Positions 18,621-31,099 of a stretch of 64,000 nucleotides of DNA are shown piece after piece; the stretch's first letter is position 1, and each line of letters begins with the position of its first letter. Origin of the DNA: a bacterium. GTDB lineage: Bacteria > UBA8248. The notes under the pieces are model-generated. The model was given only the letters and a program-made list of their open reading frames with translations, did not search any database and had not been told where the DNA came from. The translations under genes were made by a program, and so were the position numbers. The stretch is taken from the NCBI GenBank assembly GCA_965202625.1, contig CBDBBI010000010.1, forward strand, positions 1,856,001-1,920,000, read 5' to 3'.

Positions 18621-19871
18621 CTAGGCATTTCGCTCCAGATGGACGTTTTTGATCCGCCGCTCGCTCGCCGCACTCACGATAAGCGCCCACTTTCCTAAGG
18701 ATACGCGCTCGCCCGCCTTGGGAATGCGCTCGAACCGCTTCAGGAGATATCCCGCCAGAGTCTCGTAGTCCCCCTCGGGAATGGGCAGTGAAAGAGATTC
18801 GCGCACATCCTCGACTTCCATGCGTGCGTCAATGAGATATTGATCCTCACCCACCTTGCGGAACATTCGCACCTCATCGACGTCATATTCGTCGGCGATG
18901 TCTCCCACGATCTCCTCCACCAAATCCTCCATCGTCACAATTCCGGCGCAAGCCCCGTATTCATCCACTACCACGGCCATTTTATCCTTCCGACTCATCA
19001 GCTCCTTGAGAAGATCGTCGGCAGGCTTCGTCTCCGGCACGAAATAGACGCTTCGGATGAGCCCCGCCTTTTCCTTGAGGCGCCCGGTGGCGGCGGCCCC
19101 CAGCCCGAGAACGTCTTTGGCGTGAACAACCCCGACGATGTGGTGCAGGTTCTCTCTGTAGATCAGAATCCGCGAATGGCCGTCGTCCTCGATCTTTTCG
19201 ATCACCTCCTCCACCGTGCCGCTCTCGTCCACCGCCGAGAGATCCACTATGGGCACCAGCACGTTCTCCATGTCCAGCGCGCCAAACGTGAATATGCGGC
19301 CGATCATCTGTCGCTCCAGAACTTGCACGTCTCCGTCGCTTTGCTCCTCCATCAGGTATTCGAGCTCTTGTCGGGTGACGAACGGAGCCCCCTCTCCACC
19401 GCGCATCCTCAAGCCCAGCACCGCACCGATGAGCGCGCTGATCAGCCAGACGAAGGGATACACCACCCGCCTCGCCCCCCAGACGACGCGCGCCAGATAG
19501 GGGGCAAGCAGATCGGCCCGAGCCTGGCAATATCCCTTGGGAATCACCTCTCCAAACACCACGAGCAGGGGGATCACCAAGGCGACCGAGAGCGCCTCCC
19601 CATACGCGGGGCCGATGAAGTTGATGGCCGCGATGGTGAACAGGGAAACGTTCGTCACGAAGCTGGCGTTATGGCAGGTCAGAATCGTGCCCATGAGCCA
19701 CTCGGGCTTCTCCAATAACGACAGGGCGAGCGATGCCCCCCTGTCCCCCCCCTCCGCCTTGGCGCGCAGACGGGCGCGATCCGCGGAGACGATGGCAATC
19801 TCCGCGCCTGAGAACAACGCTTCCGCTATAAAGAGGACGAGGCCGACCACGACGACGGAGAGGACATCCAT
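18621..19871 (-). CDS. CNNM/hemolysin-family protein (DUF21-CBS-CorC)
   Basis: FSGAEIA, FGEVIPK, GHSRI, VVDEYG...GIVTMEDLVEEIVG and YETLAG. Confidence 0.92.
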   Translation of the reverse strand: MDVLSVVVVGLVLFIAEALFSGAEIAIVSADRARLRAKAEGGDRGASLALSLLEKPEWLMGTILTCHNASFVTNVSLFTIAAINFIGPAYGEALSVALVIPLLVVFGEVIPKGYCQARADLLAPYLARVVWGARRVVYPFVWLISALIGAVLGLRMRGGEGAPFVTRQELEYLMEEQSDGDVQVLERQMIGRIFTFGALDMENVLVPIVDLSAVDESGTVEEVIEKIEDDGHSRILIYRENLHHIVGVVHAKDVLGLGAAATGRLKEKAGLIRSVYFVPETKPADDLLKELMSRKDKMAVVVDEYGACAGIVTMEDLVEEIVGDIADEYDVDEVRMFRKVGEDQYLIDARMEVEDVRESLSLPIPEGDYETLAGYLLKRFERIPKAGERVSLGKWALIVSAASERRIKNVHLERNA

Positions 19872-19872
19872 C

Positions 19873-21144
19873 CTAGAAATCCTCCCGTCTTCGCGCCTGC
19901 ACCCGAAGGACGCGGGAGCCGCTCGTCTCGACCACAGTGAACTCCACGTTCCCCAAGCGAACCTTCTCGTCCAGCGAAGGCACGTGGCCGAGCATCGTGA
20001 ACACCGCGCCGCCCAGCGTGTTCGCCTCCTCATAGGCGGGAAGCTCCCAGCCGCTCACCGCAGAGAACTCCGCCAAGGGAACGCGGCCCTGGCAAAGATA
20101 CGAATCGTCCTCCTCGCGCTGGATCCAGGTTTCCTCGACCTCGACGTGCTCGTTGGTGATCTCGCCGAATATCTCCTCGAGCAAATCCGTCATCGTCACC
20201 AGGCCGAGGGTTCCGCCGAACTCATCCTGCACGATGGCGATGTGGGTGCGCTCGTGTCGAAACCGTCGAAACAGACGGTCGAGCTTCATACCGCCCGGAA
20301 TCACGAGAGGCGAGCGCAACATCCGCTTCGTCAGACGTTCCTCCGGGTCGAAGCGCTTCCGCCCCGCCTGACGCAGAAAATCTTTGACGTAAAGGATGCC
20401 CACTATCCGATCCCGGTCTCCCTCGAAAATCGGAATGCGCGAATGCGCCGCCGCGCGGACGCGCTCGCTCACCTCCGAGACGGGCAGGTTCATCTCCCAA
20501 CACTCCAGGTCCATGCGGGGCACCGCCACGTCGGACGCGGTTTTGTCGTGAAAGTCGAAAACGTTGTGAATGAGCTCGCGCTCGCCCTCGGCGAGCTCGC
20601 CCTCGGCGTGGCCCGCGTCCACGAGATGCAGGAATTCATCCTCCATCAGGATGCTTTGGGGGTCGCGCGGGGGAGCTCCCATGCAGGAGAGAACGCCATT
20701 CGCCACCTGTAAGAAGATCCACCGCAGCGGGGCAATCAAGCGCGCGAACACGGATATAGGATAGGCCAGGAATCGCGAGAGGCGCTCCGGATACCGGGCG
20801 GCCAGGGATTTGGGCGTGATCTCGCCGAATATCATGAGCAGCGGCGCCATCAAAACGGGCGCGAGCCACCTGCGCTCAGGCGCGAGATGCGACACCACGG
20901 TCCCCGTGAACAGAACAGAAGCGACGATGTTTATGATTTCGTTGCCCATCAATATGGAGGTGATCAGCCGCCGGGGCTTGCCCAGCAAGCTGGACACGCG
21001 CTCGCCCGCGCCCCCCTCTCGGGACATAGCGAGCACCTTGGGACGCGAAAGGGAGAAAAGCGCCGTCTCGCTGGCCGAGAAGCCAGCTGAGCAGAGCATG
21101 AGAAAGACGAAAGCGGCGAGGCGAAAGAGCAAGTCAGCATCCAT
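19873..21144 (-). CDS. CNNM/hemolysin-family protein (DUF21-CBS-CorC), tandem paralogue
   Basis: FSASETALFSL, FGEITPK, HSRIPI and DEFGGT.GLVT..DLLEEIFGEI. Confidence 0.92.
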   Translation of the reverse strand: MDADLLFRLAAFVFLMLCSAGFSASETALFSLSRPKVLAMSREGGAGERVSSLLGKPRRLITSILMGNEIINIVASVLFTGTVVSHLAPERRWLAPVLMAPLLMIFGEITPKSLAARYPERLSRFLAYPISVFARLIAPLRWIFLQVANGVLSCMGAPPRDPQSILMEDEFLHLVDAGHAEGELAEGERELIHNVFDFHDKTASDVAVPRMDLECWEMNLPVSEVSERVRAAAHSRIPIFEGDRDRIVGILYVKDFLRQAGRKRFDPEERLTKRMLRSPLVIPGGMKLDRLFRRFRHERTHIAIVQDEFGGTLGLVTMTDLLEEIFGEITNEHVEVEETWIQREEDDSYLCQGRVPLAEFSAVSGWELPAYEEANTLGGAVFTMLGHVPSLDEKVRLGNVEFTVVETSGSRVLRVQARRREDF

Positions 21145-21220
21145 TAACCAATGCCTCCCGGCTGATTTTGATTCAGACCCATCCGCCCCGGAGGTTCGGG
21201 TTCAGGCATAGGCACTTCCG

Positions 21221-22102
21221 CTACCATGAGGCTACTAACCTCCTTAGATAGTCCCGAAACGAGAGGCCGATATCCTTGCGCTCCAGGGCGAATTCGACCG
21301 TCGCTTCCAGAAAACCCAGTTTATCGCCCGCGTCATAGCGCTTTCCCTCATACTCATAGGCGTAGAGGGGCGCATGATCGAGCAGCCCTCGCAACCCATC
21401 GGTGAGCTGAATCTCTCCCCTCGCGTCAGGTCGCGCGCGTTCGAGAGATGAGAAAACTTCGGGCGGCAAAACGTAGCGGCCAACGATGGCGACATCCGAT
21501 GGCGCATCCTTCGGATCCGGTTTTTCTACCACCCCTTTGAGCGGTATGACGCCCGGAGAGGGCGCCGGCGCGTCGGACGGATCGACGACGCCATATTTGG
21601 AGAGCGCGCTCCTCTGCACCCGCAACCCGGCGATCACTCCGCCGCCGTGCGCCTCGAACACGCCCACCAACTGGCCGATGGCAGGCGTTTCGCTCCGGAT
21701 GATGTCATCACACAACATGACGGCAAAAGGGGCATCTCCCACGGCAGACTTCGCGCACAGAACCGCGTGCCCCAGCCCCAGGGGGCGATTCTGGCGTATC
21801 GACGTTACCTGCGCCTTGCGGGAGATTTCCTCCACAACCGTCAGCAATTCCTCCTCGTCCCTCTCGCGCAAATGAGACTCCACCTCGAAGGCGACGTCAA
21901 AGTGGTCTACAATGGAGACCTTCCCGCGACCGGTGATGAAGATGATCTCCTCAATGCCGGCGTCCAGTGCTTCCTGCACCCCAATCTGAATCTGGGGAAT
22001 ATCCACGATGGGAAGCATCTCTTTCGGAATCACCTTGGTGGCGGGCAAAAAGCGCGTACCGAGCCCGGCCACCGGAAAAACGGCCTTGCGAACCCGACTC
22101 AT
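21221..22102 (-). CDS. galU: UTP--glucose-1-phosphate uridylyltransferase
   Basis: KAVFPVAGLGTRFLPATK..PKEMLPIVD, GLGHAVL, VEKP and GEIQLTD. Confidence 0.96.
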   Translation of the reverse strand: MSRVRKAVFPVAGLGTRFLPATKVIPKEMLPIVDIPQIQIGVQEALDAGIEEIIFITGRGKVSIVDHFDVAFEVESHLRERDEEELLTVVEEISRKAQVTSIRQNRPLGLGHAVLCAKSAVGDAPFAVMLCDDIIRSETPAIGQLVGVFEAHGGGVIAGLRVQRSALSKYGVVDPSDAPAPSPGVIPLKGVVEKPDPKDAPSDVAIVGRYVLPPEVFSSLERARPDARGEIQLTDGLRGLLDHAPLYAYEYEGKRYDAGDKLGFLEATVEFALERKDIGLSFRDYLRRLVASW

Positions 22103-22190
22103 AAGGATGCGCTCACGAGAGAGGGGAAATGACGATATACGTGAATTCGGGACATTCTGCTTTGACCATAAAAAAAAGGGCGCATCATGG

Positions 22191-25267
<3,077 letters not shown>

Positions 25268-25272
25268 CTAAG

Positions 25273-25305
25273 AAAAACTCCCCGGCGGCTTATGCCGACG
25301 GGGAG
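25273..25305 (-). terminator. Intrinsic terminator after pal
   Basis: CTCCCCG...CGGGGAG stem followed by a T-run on the minus strand. Confidence 0.7.
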
Positions 25306-25338
25306 GCCTCTTTACTTTAAGCGGGACAGGCTGGACGA

Positions 25339-25938
25339 CTAGTTCACGCCCGCCGGAAGGCCGCCAATAATGTTAAATTCCGCCCGACGGTTCTTTGCCC
25401 ATGCCGCTTCGCTGGAGCGAGCGTCATCTGGCCGCTCCTCGCCGTAGCTCACTGTATCGATCCGTTCGGGCTGCACGCCAAGGGAGACCAGATAATCCTT
25501 CGCTTTCAGCGAACGCCTGTGCCCCAGCGCGATATTGTATTCTACCGTACCACGTTCGTCGCAGTGTCCCTCAATCTGTACCCGAATGGTCTGGAACTCC
25601 TGCAGGAACTTTGCCTTGGCGTCCAGAATGGAGCGCATGTCGGGGCGGATCTCAGATTTGTCGAAGTCGAAGTACACCTTCTGATTCTCGAAATTGGACA
25701 ACGATTGCCGGAAAGTGGCGACCTGGAGGCGACGTTCCGCCTCCGCCATGCTCGTCTCGCGGCGCTCGGCGACGCGTTGATCCCCACTCATCATGGAGTC
25801 TTGTGCCATGGACGAAGACGGCTTTACGGCAGGCTCCTCCTCGGTTTGCGCCACATGCCTCGTGCACCCCACAGCAAGCATAATCGCCGCAACCATTATC
25901 AAGGATTGACAGGACTTCACGTGACGCGATAACGACAT
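25339..25938 (-). CDS. pal: Peptidoglycan-associated lipoprotein
   Basis: Lipobox LAVGC; VYFDFD, IEGHCDERGT.EYN.ALG, SYGEERP and NRRAEF. Confidence 0.96.
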   Translation of the reverse strand: MSLSRHVKSCQSLIMVAAIMLAVGCTRHVAQTEEEPAVKPSSSMAQDSMMSGDQRVAERRETSMAEAERRLQVATFRQSLSNFENQKVYFDFDKSEIRPDMRSILDAKAKFLQEFQTIRVQIEGHCDERGTVEYNIALGHRRSLKAKDYLVSLGVQPERIDTVSYGEERPDDARSSEAAWAKNRRAEFNIIGGLPAGVN

Positions 25939-26138
25939 TCAAAAATCCTCCCGGGAGTTTTTCGCTTATTCTATGCACTATGTGCATATAGCCATGTTGG
26001 GCAAGCGTTATACGCCTCGGAGTAAGAGATACCCTCCGATTCACCTTCGTATAGAGGCATATTCTAAAGGATGAAGGCGCGATGGGCAAGCCCATTTATT
26101 CAATTTTTCAAGAGGCACACGCCCCGTTCTCAAAAACA

Positions 26139-27491
26139 TCATCTGGACGACGGCGACCAAGCGGGTTCTTGTCCAGGTCGAAGCCGCTTGAGCTGCGTGC
26201 CGGCGGAGGTCATGACGTAGACGTATTTTCTGCCGCTCCGATCTGAGGAGAACGCGATGTGCCGGCCATCGGGAGACCAAGTGGGAGATTCGTTGCGGCC
26301 CTGGCCGCCCGTGAGACGACGCAGGTCGGAGCCGTCGACGTTCATGGTGGCGATGTCTATTTCCTTTCCTCGTTTGATGCGGCTCGTCAACGCTATCCTG
26401 TCCCCTCGGGGACTCCAATCGGGTTCGGTATTGTATTTTCCCTTGAACGTGATGCGCCGAGGGCTGGAGCCGTCCAGAGCCATGACGTAGACGTGGGGAT
26501 TCCCCGAACGGCTTGACGTAAAGGCGATTTTTTTGCCGTCCGGCGAGAACGAGGGGGATACGTCAATGCCGAAGCTCCGAGTGAGCCTTCTCTTCACGCG
26601 CGCGCGCAAATCATAGCGAAAGATCTCAAAGTTTCCCCCCACAATCTCGGCGAACGCGAAGTAGCGCGAATCCGGAGAAAAGGCACCCCCTATGGCCTGC
26701 ACGCGCCTTGAGCTCACCTTGCGCCCGCGCGCCCCGCTCGTGGGCAATAGAAACACGCCGGGCGGCTTAGATTTGAACGAAGAATACGCCAGCCACCTAC
26801 CGTCCGGAGACCACGCGGGTGCGTTGTTGCCCATTCCGTTGCGCGTCACCCGCCTCGGATCGGCGCCGTCCCAATCCATTATGTATATCTCCCCGCGCTC
26901 TTTGGGTGAGCGCCTCGACACGAAAGCGAGCTGGGTGTCGAATATCCCCTCCTCGCCCGTGAAGCGCTCAAGTACTGCGTTGGCGAATCGGTGGGCCAGC
27001 GAACGCCAGTCGATCTTCGAGTATTCATATCGCCTACCCAGCTCTTGGGCGGAGCGGAGCGTATCGTAGAGGTAGAGTTCGGCGGTGATGTTGTTTCCCG
27101 AAATGACGTAGCCGCCCTTGATGAGTGCCTCCACCCTGACCATCTTGCTCCATTGGGAGAACCTCTGCTCTTTCTTGCGAGTCCCCGCGCGCATGGGATT
27201 TTCGAGATAACCTCTCCGGTCAGGAATGAAAAACTGGCCGGTGCGCCTGAGGTCGGATTCGATGAGTTTCGCTATCTTGAGTCCCAGGGCGTCGCGCCGC
27301 CCGTCGAGCGGGCGAAGCTCCGGTATCGCCAATCGTATCTTCTTCGCCGTCGGGGAGTGAATGTCGATGAACACGCGCGCAGCGTCCGCCGCCCCCTGTA
27401 CCCAGGGAAAAATCGCCGCCACCCAAAAAATCGCCCAGAAAAACGTCCGACTTTCGCGCCCCTTATGCCTGATTTTCCACTGGATTCGCAT
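26139..27491 (-). CDS. tolB: Tol-Pal beta-propeller protein
   Basis: TolB N-domain plus repeated P.WSPDG PD40 motifs; located between tolA and pal. Confidence 0.92.
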   Translation of the reverse strand: MRIQWKIRHKGRESRTFFWAIFWVAAIFPWVQGAADAARVFIDIHSPTAKKIRLAIPELRPLDGRRDALGLKIAKLIESDLRRTGQFFIPDRRGYLENPMRAGTRKKEQRFSQWSKMVRVEALIKGGYVISGNNITAELYLYDTLRSAQELGRRYEYSKIDWRSLAHRFANAVLERFTGEEGIFDTQLAFVSRRSPKERGEIYIMDWDGADPRRVTRNGMGNNAPAWSPDGRWLAYSSFKSKPPGVFLLPTSGARGRKVSSRRVQAIGGAFSPDSRYFAFAEIVGGNFEIFRYDLRARVKRRLTRSFGIDVSPSFSPDGKKIAFTSSRSGNPHVYVMALDGSSPRRITFKGKYNTEPDWSPRGDRIALTSRIKRGKEIDIATMNVDGSDLRRLTGGQGRNESPTWSPDGRHIAFSSDRSGRKYVYVMTSAGTQLKRLRPGQEPAWSPSSR

Positions 27492-28531
27492 CAGCAGCCG
27501 AGCCTTTTTCCGCAGAATCGAAAACCGAGCAAAAGCCATTTCTCTTTTGCTGTATCAGGAGGCGAGGGCAGGGTAGGCTTCGAGGCCCGCTTCACGGCGC
27601 GCAGCGCCGCCTGATCGTAAATACGGTTTCCACTGGTGCGCACTATCCGCAAATTACGATGTCCTCCCCTACGGCTCACGTCAATCGAGACCGAAGCTCT
27701 CATCTTGCTCACGTTGGAGAGGCTAAGCGGAAGCGTCCAGTGGTTCCGAATCCGCCGCGCGAGCAGACCATAGTATCTTTCCATCTCCGAGCGCGCGACC
27801 CCGCCGCCGCCGAGACTGCCGCCACCCTGCCCATCACCTCCCCCCGAGCCGAGATACCCCTTCAAGGGTCCACGGCTTCTGGACGCAAGGTCCGCCTTCG
27901 CTAGGCGATTATCGCGCATTCGATCAGCCGGCGGTCTGTTTTTCTTTTTTGGGCTCCTCGCCCCTCTGGTCGCGTCGCTCTTGCGTTTCTCGTAGCGCGA
28001 GCGCCAACGCCTCTCGCGCTCGCGGCGAACGCGGATTCGCTCAAGGCGCGCCTCTCGAGCGAGGTCGCGCCTTTTCTTCCGCACCGCCCTTTTCTTGCCC
28101 TCGCCGCTCTTCTTCACAATGCGGCGAAGCTTCCTGGGAGGACTCTTCTGTTTGAGGATTCTTTTTTTCTCATCCGACGCGGACCTCTTCTGAGGCACCA
28201 CTATCTTCCTCGCGCCCTTGGCCGGCGCCTCCACGTCTTCTGGCCGATCTCCGGATTTGCCCCGCGCCGCGCCACCCGGAATTTCATCCGCACCCACCAG
28301 ACTGACGGCCGTCCCACTGCCGAAGAAACGGTATTTTGGCTGCGAGGGCGCCATGCTCACCCAAACGAAGAGCACCGCGTGCAGAAAAACGGAAGCCGCC
28401 CACGCCCTGCGAAACCAGCGATCATGAACCAGTGCACTCCGCTCCTCACGCGCCCTTGAAACCTCCGCTTCCACTCGTGGAGGAGGTCCGCCCTCGGCGT
28501 TGTTTTCCGGAAACTTTCGCTTCTCGCTCAT
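27491..28531 (-). CDS. tolA: TolA/TonB C-terminal domain protein
   Basis: TM with S..LH, long basic linker and TonB_2-like C-terminus (I..HW..P, SGN..YD.AALRAV). Confidence 0.8.
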   Translation of the reverse strand: MSEKRKFPENNAEGGPPPRVEAEVSRAREERSALVHDRWFRRAWAASVFLHAVLFVWVSMAPSQPKYRFFGSGTAVSLVGADEIPGGAARGKSGDRPEDVEAPAKGARKIVVPQKRSASDEKKRILKQKSPPRKLRRIVKKSGEGKKRAVRKKRRDLAREARLERIRVRRERERRWRSRYEKRKSDATRGARSPKKKNRPPADRMRDNRLAKADLASRSRGPLKGYLGSGGGDGQGGGSLGGGGVARSEMERYYGLLARRIRNHWTLPLSLSNVSKMRASVSIDVSRRGGHRNLRIVRTSGNRIYDQAALRAVKRASKPTLPSPPDTAKEKWLLLGFRFCGKRLGC

Positions 28532-28546
28532 GAGACCACCGAATTC

Positions 28547-29002
28547 TCAGCGTCTTCGCCGCCCGGTCTGGGGGGGCTCCAAGGGGTCGGTCACCATGTT
28601 CAAGCGGTTGACGCCCGCCGCGCGAATGATGGACATGGCTTTCACCACCTCGCCGTAGGGAACTGCGCGATCCGCCCTCAGGAAGATTTCCCGACGCCGC
28701 CTGCCCTTGAAGATCGCCGTGAGTTTCTCCTTCAACGCAGAGTTGGTCAGCAGACTGTCATTGAGATATATGCGACGGTTCTTGTCCAAGATGATGACGA
28801 CCGCATCCTCCGCCACGCTCGCCTTCGCCGCTCTCACCTGGGGCAAATCTACGTTCACGGCCTGATTCTGCGTCTCGAGCAGCGGCGCGGTGACCATGAA
28901 AATCACCAGCAACACCAGCATCACGTCCACGAGCGGCGTGACGTTGATGTCCGATATGCTTGACCCACGGTTCAGATTAACGGCCAAAGCGCCTCCCGTC
29001 AC
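28547..29002 (-). CDS. tolR: TolR/ExbD
   Basis: INVTPLVDVMLVLLVIFMVTAP and LRAD..VPYG.V. Confidence 0.93.
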   Translation of the reverse strand: MTGGALAVNLNRGSSISDINVTPLVDVMLVLLVIFMVTAPLLETQNQAVNVDLPQVRAAKASVAEDAVVIILDKNRRIYLNDSLLTNSALKEKLTAIFKGRRRREIFLRADRAVPYGEVVKAMSIIRAAGVNRLNMVTDPLEPPQTGRRRR

Positions 29003-29817
29003 AAACGCATGAATTGACGACCAACGAGATTGAGAAAATCCGCCGTGAAGTTCTCGATTTCATCCGCGATCACCTTCACGCGGCCCTGATAGTGATTATA
29101 CGCAATCACCGCGGGGATGGCCGCGAGCAGTCCGAGCGCCGTGGCGATGAGCGCCTCGCTGATGCCCGGCGCGACCACGGCGAGCCCCGCCGAGCCTCTG
29201 GCGCCAATCTCCCGAAACGAATTCATGATGCCCCACACCGTGCCAAAGAGGCCAATGAACGGGGTGGCACTCGCCGTTGTAGCCAAAAAGGTCATCATGC
29301 GCTCCAACTTGCCCAACTGCTCGTTCGCCGCCCGCCTGAGCGCGCGCTCGACGCTCTCCACCCCCGTCATCTCCGAGGTGAGAACGCCCGAATCCTCGGC
29401 TCCCCCCCGAGAGCGCGTTTTCAGCAGCTGCTCGGCCTCAATATAGCCGGCGGCGAACACCTCGCCCACCGGACCGCTCTCGTGAGCGTCCATCTCCGCA
29501 TAGAGATGATCCAGGCGCTTGGAGCGCCAGAACGTCTCGACGAACGTCGCCGAGCACCTGCTCGCCCTGCGAAGCTCCCAGAACTTCCAGATGATGATGG
29601 CCCACGACGAAAGCGAGAAAACCACGAGCAGGAGCAAAACGCCCATCACCATACCGCCCGACTGCGTGGCGAGGGTGAATATGCCCATCTCCTGCTTAAG
29701 GGGCGCGAACGGAAGCGCATCGCTCGGTGGCAACGCGGCCGCGGCCAAAAACGGTAGCAAAACCACTCTCCTCCTAGGCGGAGGGTGCAGTATCGCCCCT
29801 TTGTCAGTCGCAGTCAA
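28999..29817 (-). CDS. tolQ: TolQ/ExbB
   Basis: TPFIGLFGTVWGIM..F and VAPGISEALIATA.GL.AAIPA. Confidence 0.93.
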   Translation of the reverse strand: MTATDKGAILHPPPRRRVVLLPFLAAAALPPSDALPFAPLKQEMGIFTLATQSGGMVMGVLLLLVVFSLSSWAIIIWKFWELRRASRCSATFVETFWRSKRLDHLYAEMDAHESGPVGEVFAAGYIEAEQLLKTRSRGGAEDSGVLTSEMTGVESVERALRRAANEQLGKLERMMTFLATTASATPFIGLFGTVWGIMNSFREIGARGSAGLAVVAPGISEALIATALGLLAAIPAVIAYNHYQGRVKVIADEIENFTADFLNLVGRQFMRL

Positions 29818-29905
29818 TATGAATGGTCGAACGCTGAATTGTTGACATCTCTTCTCATCTCAGGGATAATGAATTCCTCGCCCGTTGCTGGAGGCCCCGC
29901 TCCGA

Positions 29906-31099
29906 ATGGACGCTCAAGCGATCAAGGCCGCCATCTCAAAACGCATCGACGATGAGGCGGACGCGCTGTGGGCACTTGCGCTCGCGATTCACGCCGATCC
30001 GGAGCTCAGATTTGAGGAGTACCGCGCGGCGGCGCGCCTGTCCGCCTATCTGGAGGACCGCGGATTCGCGCTCACCCGAGGGGTGTCGAACCTGCCTACT
30101 GCGTTTCTCGCGGACAGGCCCGCGGTGGATGCGAAAAAGCCCTCCGTCTCGTTCCTCTCAGAGTATGACGCGCTGCCTGGACTCGGTCATGCCTGCGCCC
30201 ACAACATCATCGGAGTCGCCAGCGCGGCTGCGGGTGCCGCGCTCAAGGAAGCGCTCGGGCCCGAGCACGGGAGCGTCGCCGTCTTCGGCACACCCGGAGA
30301 GGAGGGCGGGGGCGGCAAGGCGCTAATGGCGCAAACCGGCATGTTTCAAGGAGTAGGTGCCGCCATGATGATGCACCCTTCGGACGAAACCAGGGTCGAG
30401 GCGCGTTTTCTCGCCCTCTCTGAACTTCGCTTTCATTTCAGGGGTCGCGCCGCGCACGCCTCCGTCGCCCCGGAGCAGGGCGTCAACGCGCTCGACGCGC
30501 TTGTCATCACGTTCAACGCCGTCTCCTCTCTCCGCCAGCAGCTTTGCCAAAGCGATCGCGTTCACGGCGTCATCACAGAGGGCGGGGACGTTCCCAACGT
30601 CATCCCCGAGAGAGCCTCCGGCTGGTTTTTCGTGAGAAGCGATACGCTGGAGGGACTCTCGGAGTTGCTCTCCCGGGTCATCGCCTGCGCGCAGGGGGCG
30701 GCCAAGTCCACGGGCGCGAAACTAAAAATCGAGAAACATCCTATCACATACGCCCCCCTGCGGCTCAACCCCCCCCTGGCATCGCTGTTTCGAAAAAACC
30801 TCAACCAGCTGGGCGTCCATGAGCCAGATTCGCCGCCGCCCCTGCGAATGGGATCTTCCGACGTCGGAAACGCCAGCCAGCACACGCCCACCATTCATCC
30901 GCAAATCCAGATGGTTCCTTCAGGGGTTTCCGCCCACACGCGGGAGTTCGCCGAGGCATCGGCGGGCGAGGAGGGCAGGCGCGTCCTGCTCGCCGGTGCG
31001 AAGGCGCTGGCGATGACGGGCGCGGACTTTCTTCTGGACGAGGGCGCACGGGGGGAGGTGGAGGCGGAATTCAAGAGGCGAGAAAGCACATCAAAATGA
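29906..31099 (+). CDS. M20 family amidohydrolase (ACY1L2/AbgB-like)
   Basis: EYDALP..GHACAHN, GTP.EEGGGGK, NALDA and GSSD.GN.S. Confidence 0.88.
   Translation: MDAQAIKAAISKRIDDEADALWALALAIHADPELRFEEYRAAARLSAYLEDRGFALTRGVSNLPTAFLADRPAVDAKKPSVSFLSEYDALPGLGHACAHNIIGVASAAAGAALKEALGPEHGSVAVFGTPGEEGGGGKALMAQTGMFQGVGAAMMMHPSDETRVEARFLALSELRFHFRGRAAHASVAPEQGVNALDALVITFNAVSSLRQQLCQSDRVHGVITEGGDVPNVIPERASGWFFVRSDTLEGLSELLSRVIACAQGAAKSTGAKLKIEKHPITYAPLRLNPPLASLFRKNLNQLGVHEPDSPPPLRMGSSDVGNASQHTPTIHPQIQMVPSGVSAHTREFAEASAGEEGRRVLLAGAKALAMTGADFLLDEGARGEVEAEFKRRESTSK

Noticed and set aside
25972-25988. Palindrome TATGCAC-TAT-GTGCATA upstream of pal
   Set aside because: Possible operator, but a single 7-bp arm pair with no second copy or identifiable regulator
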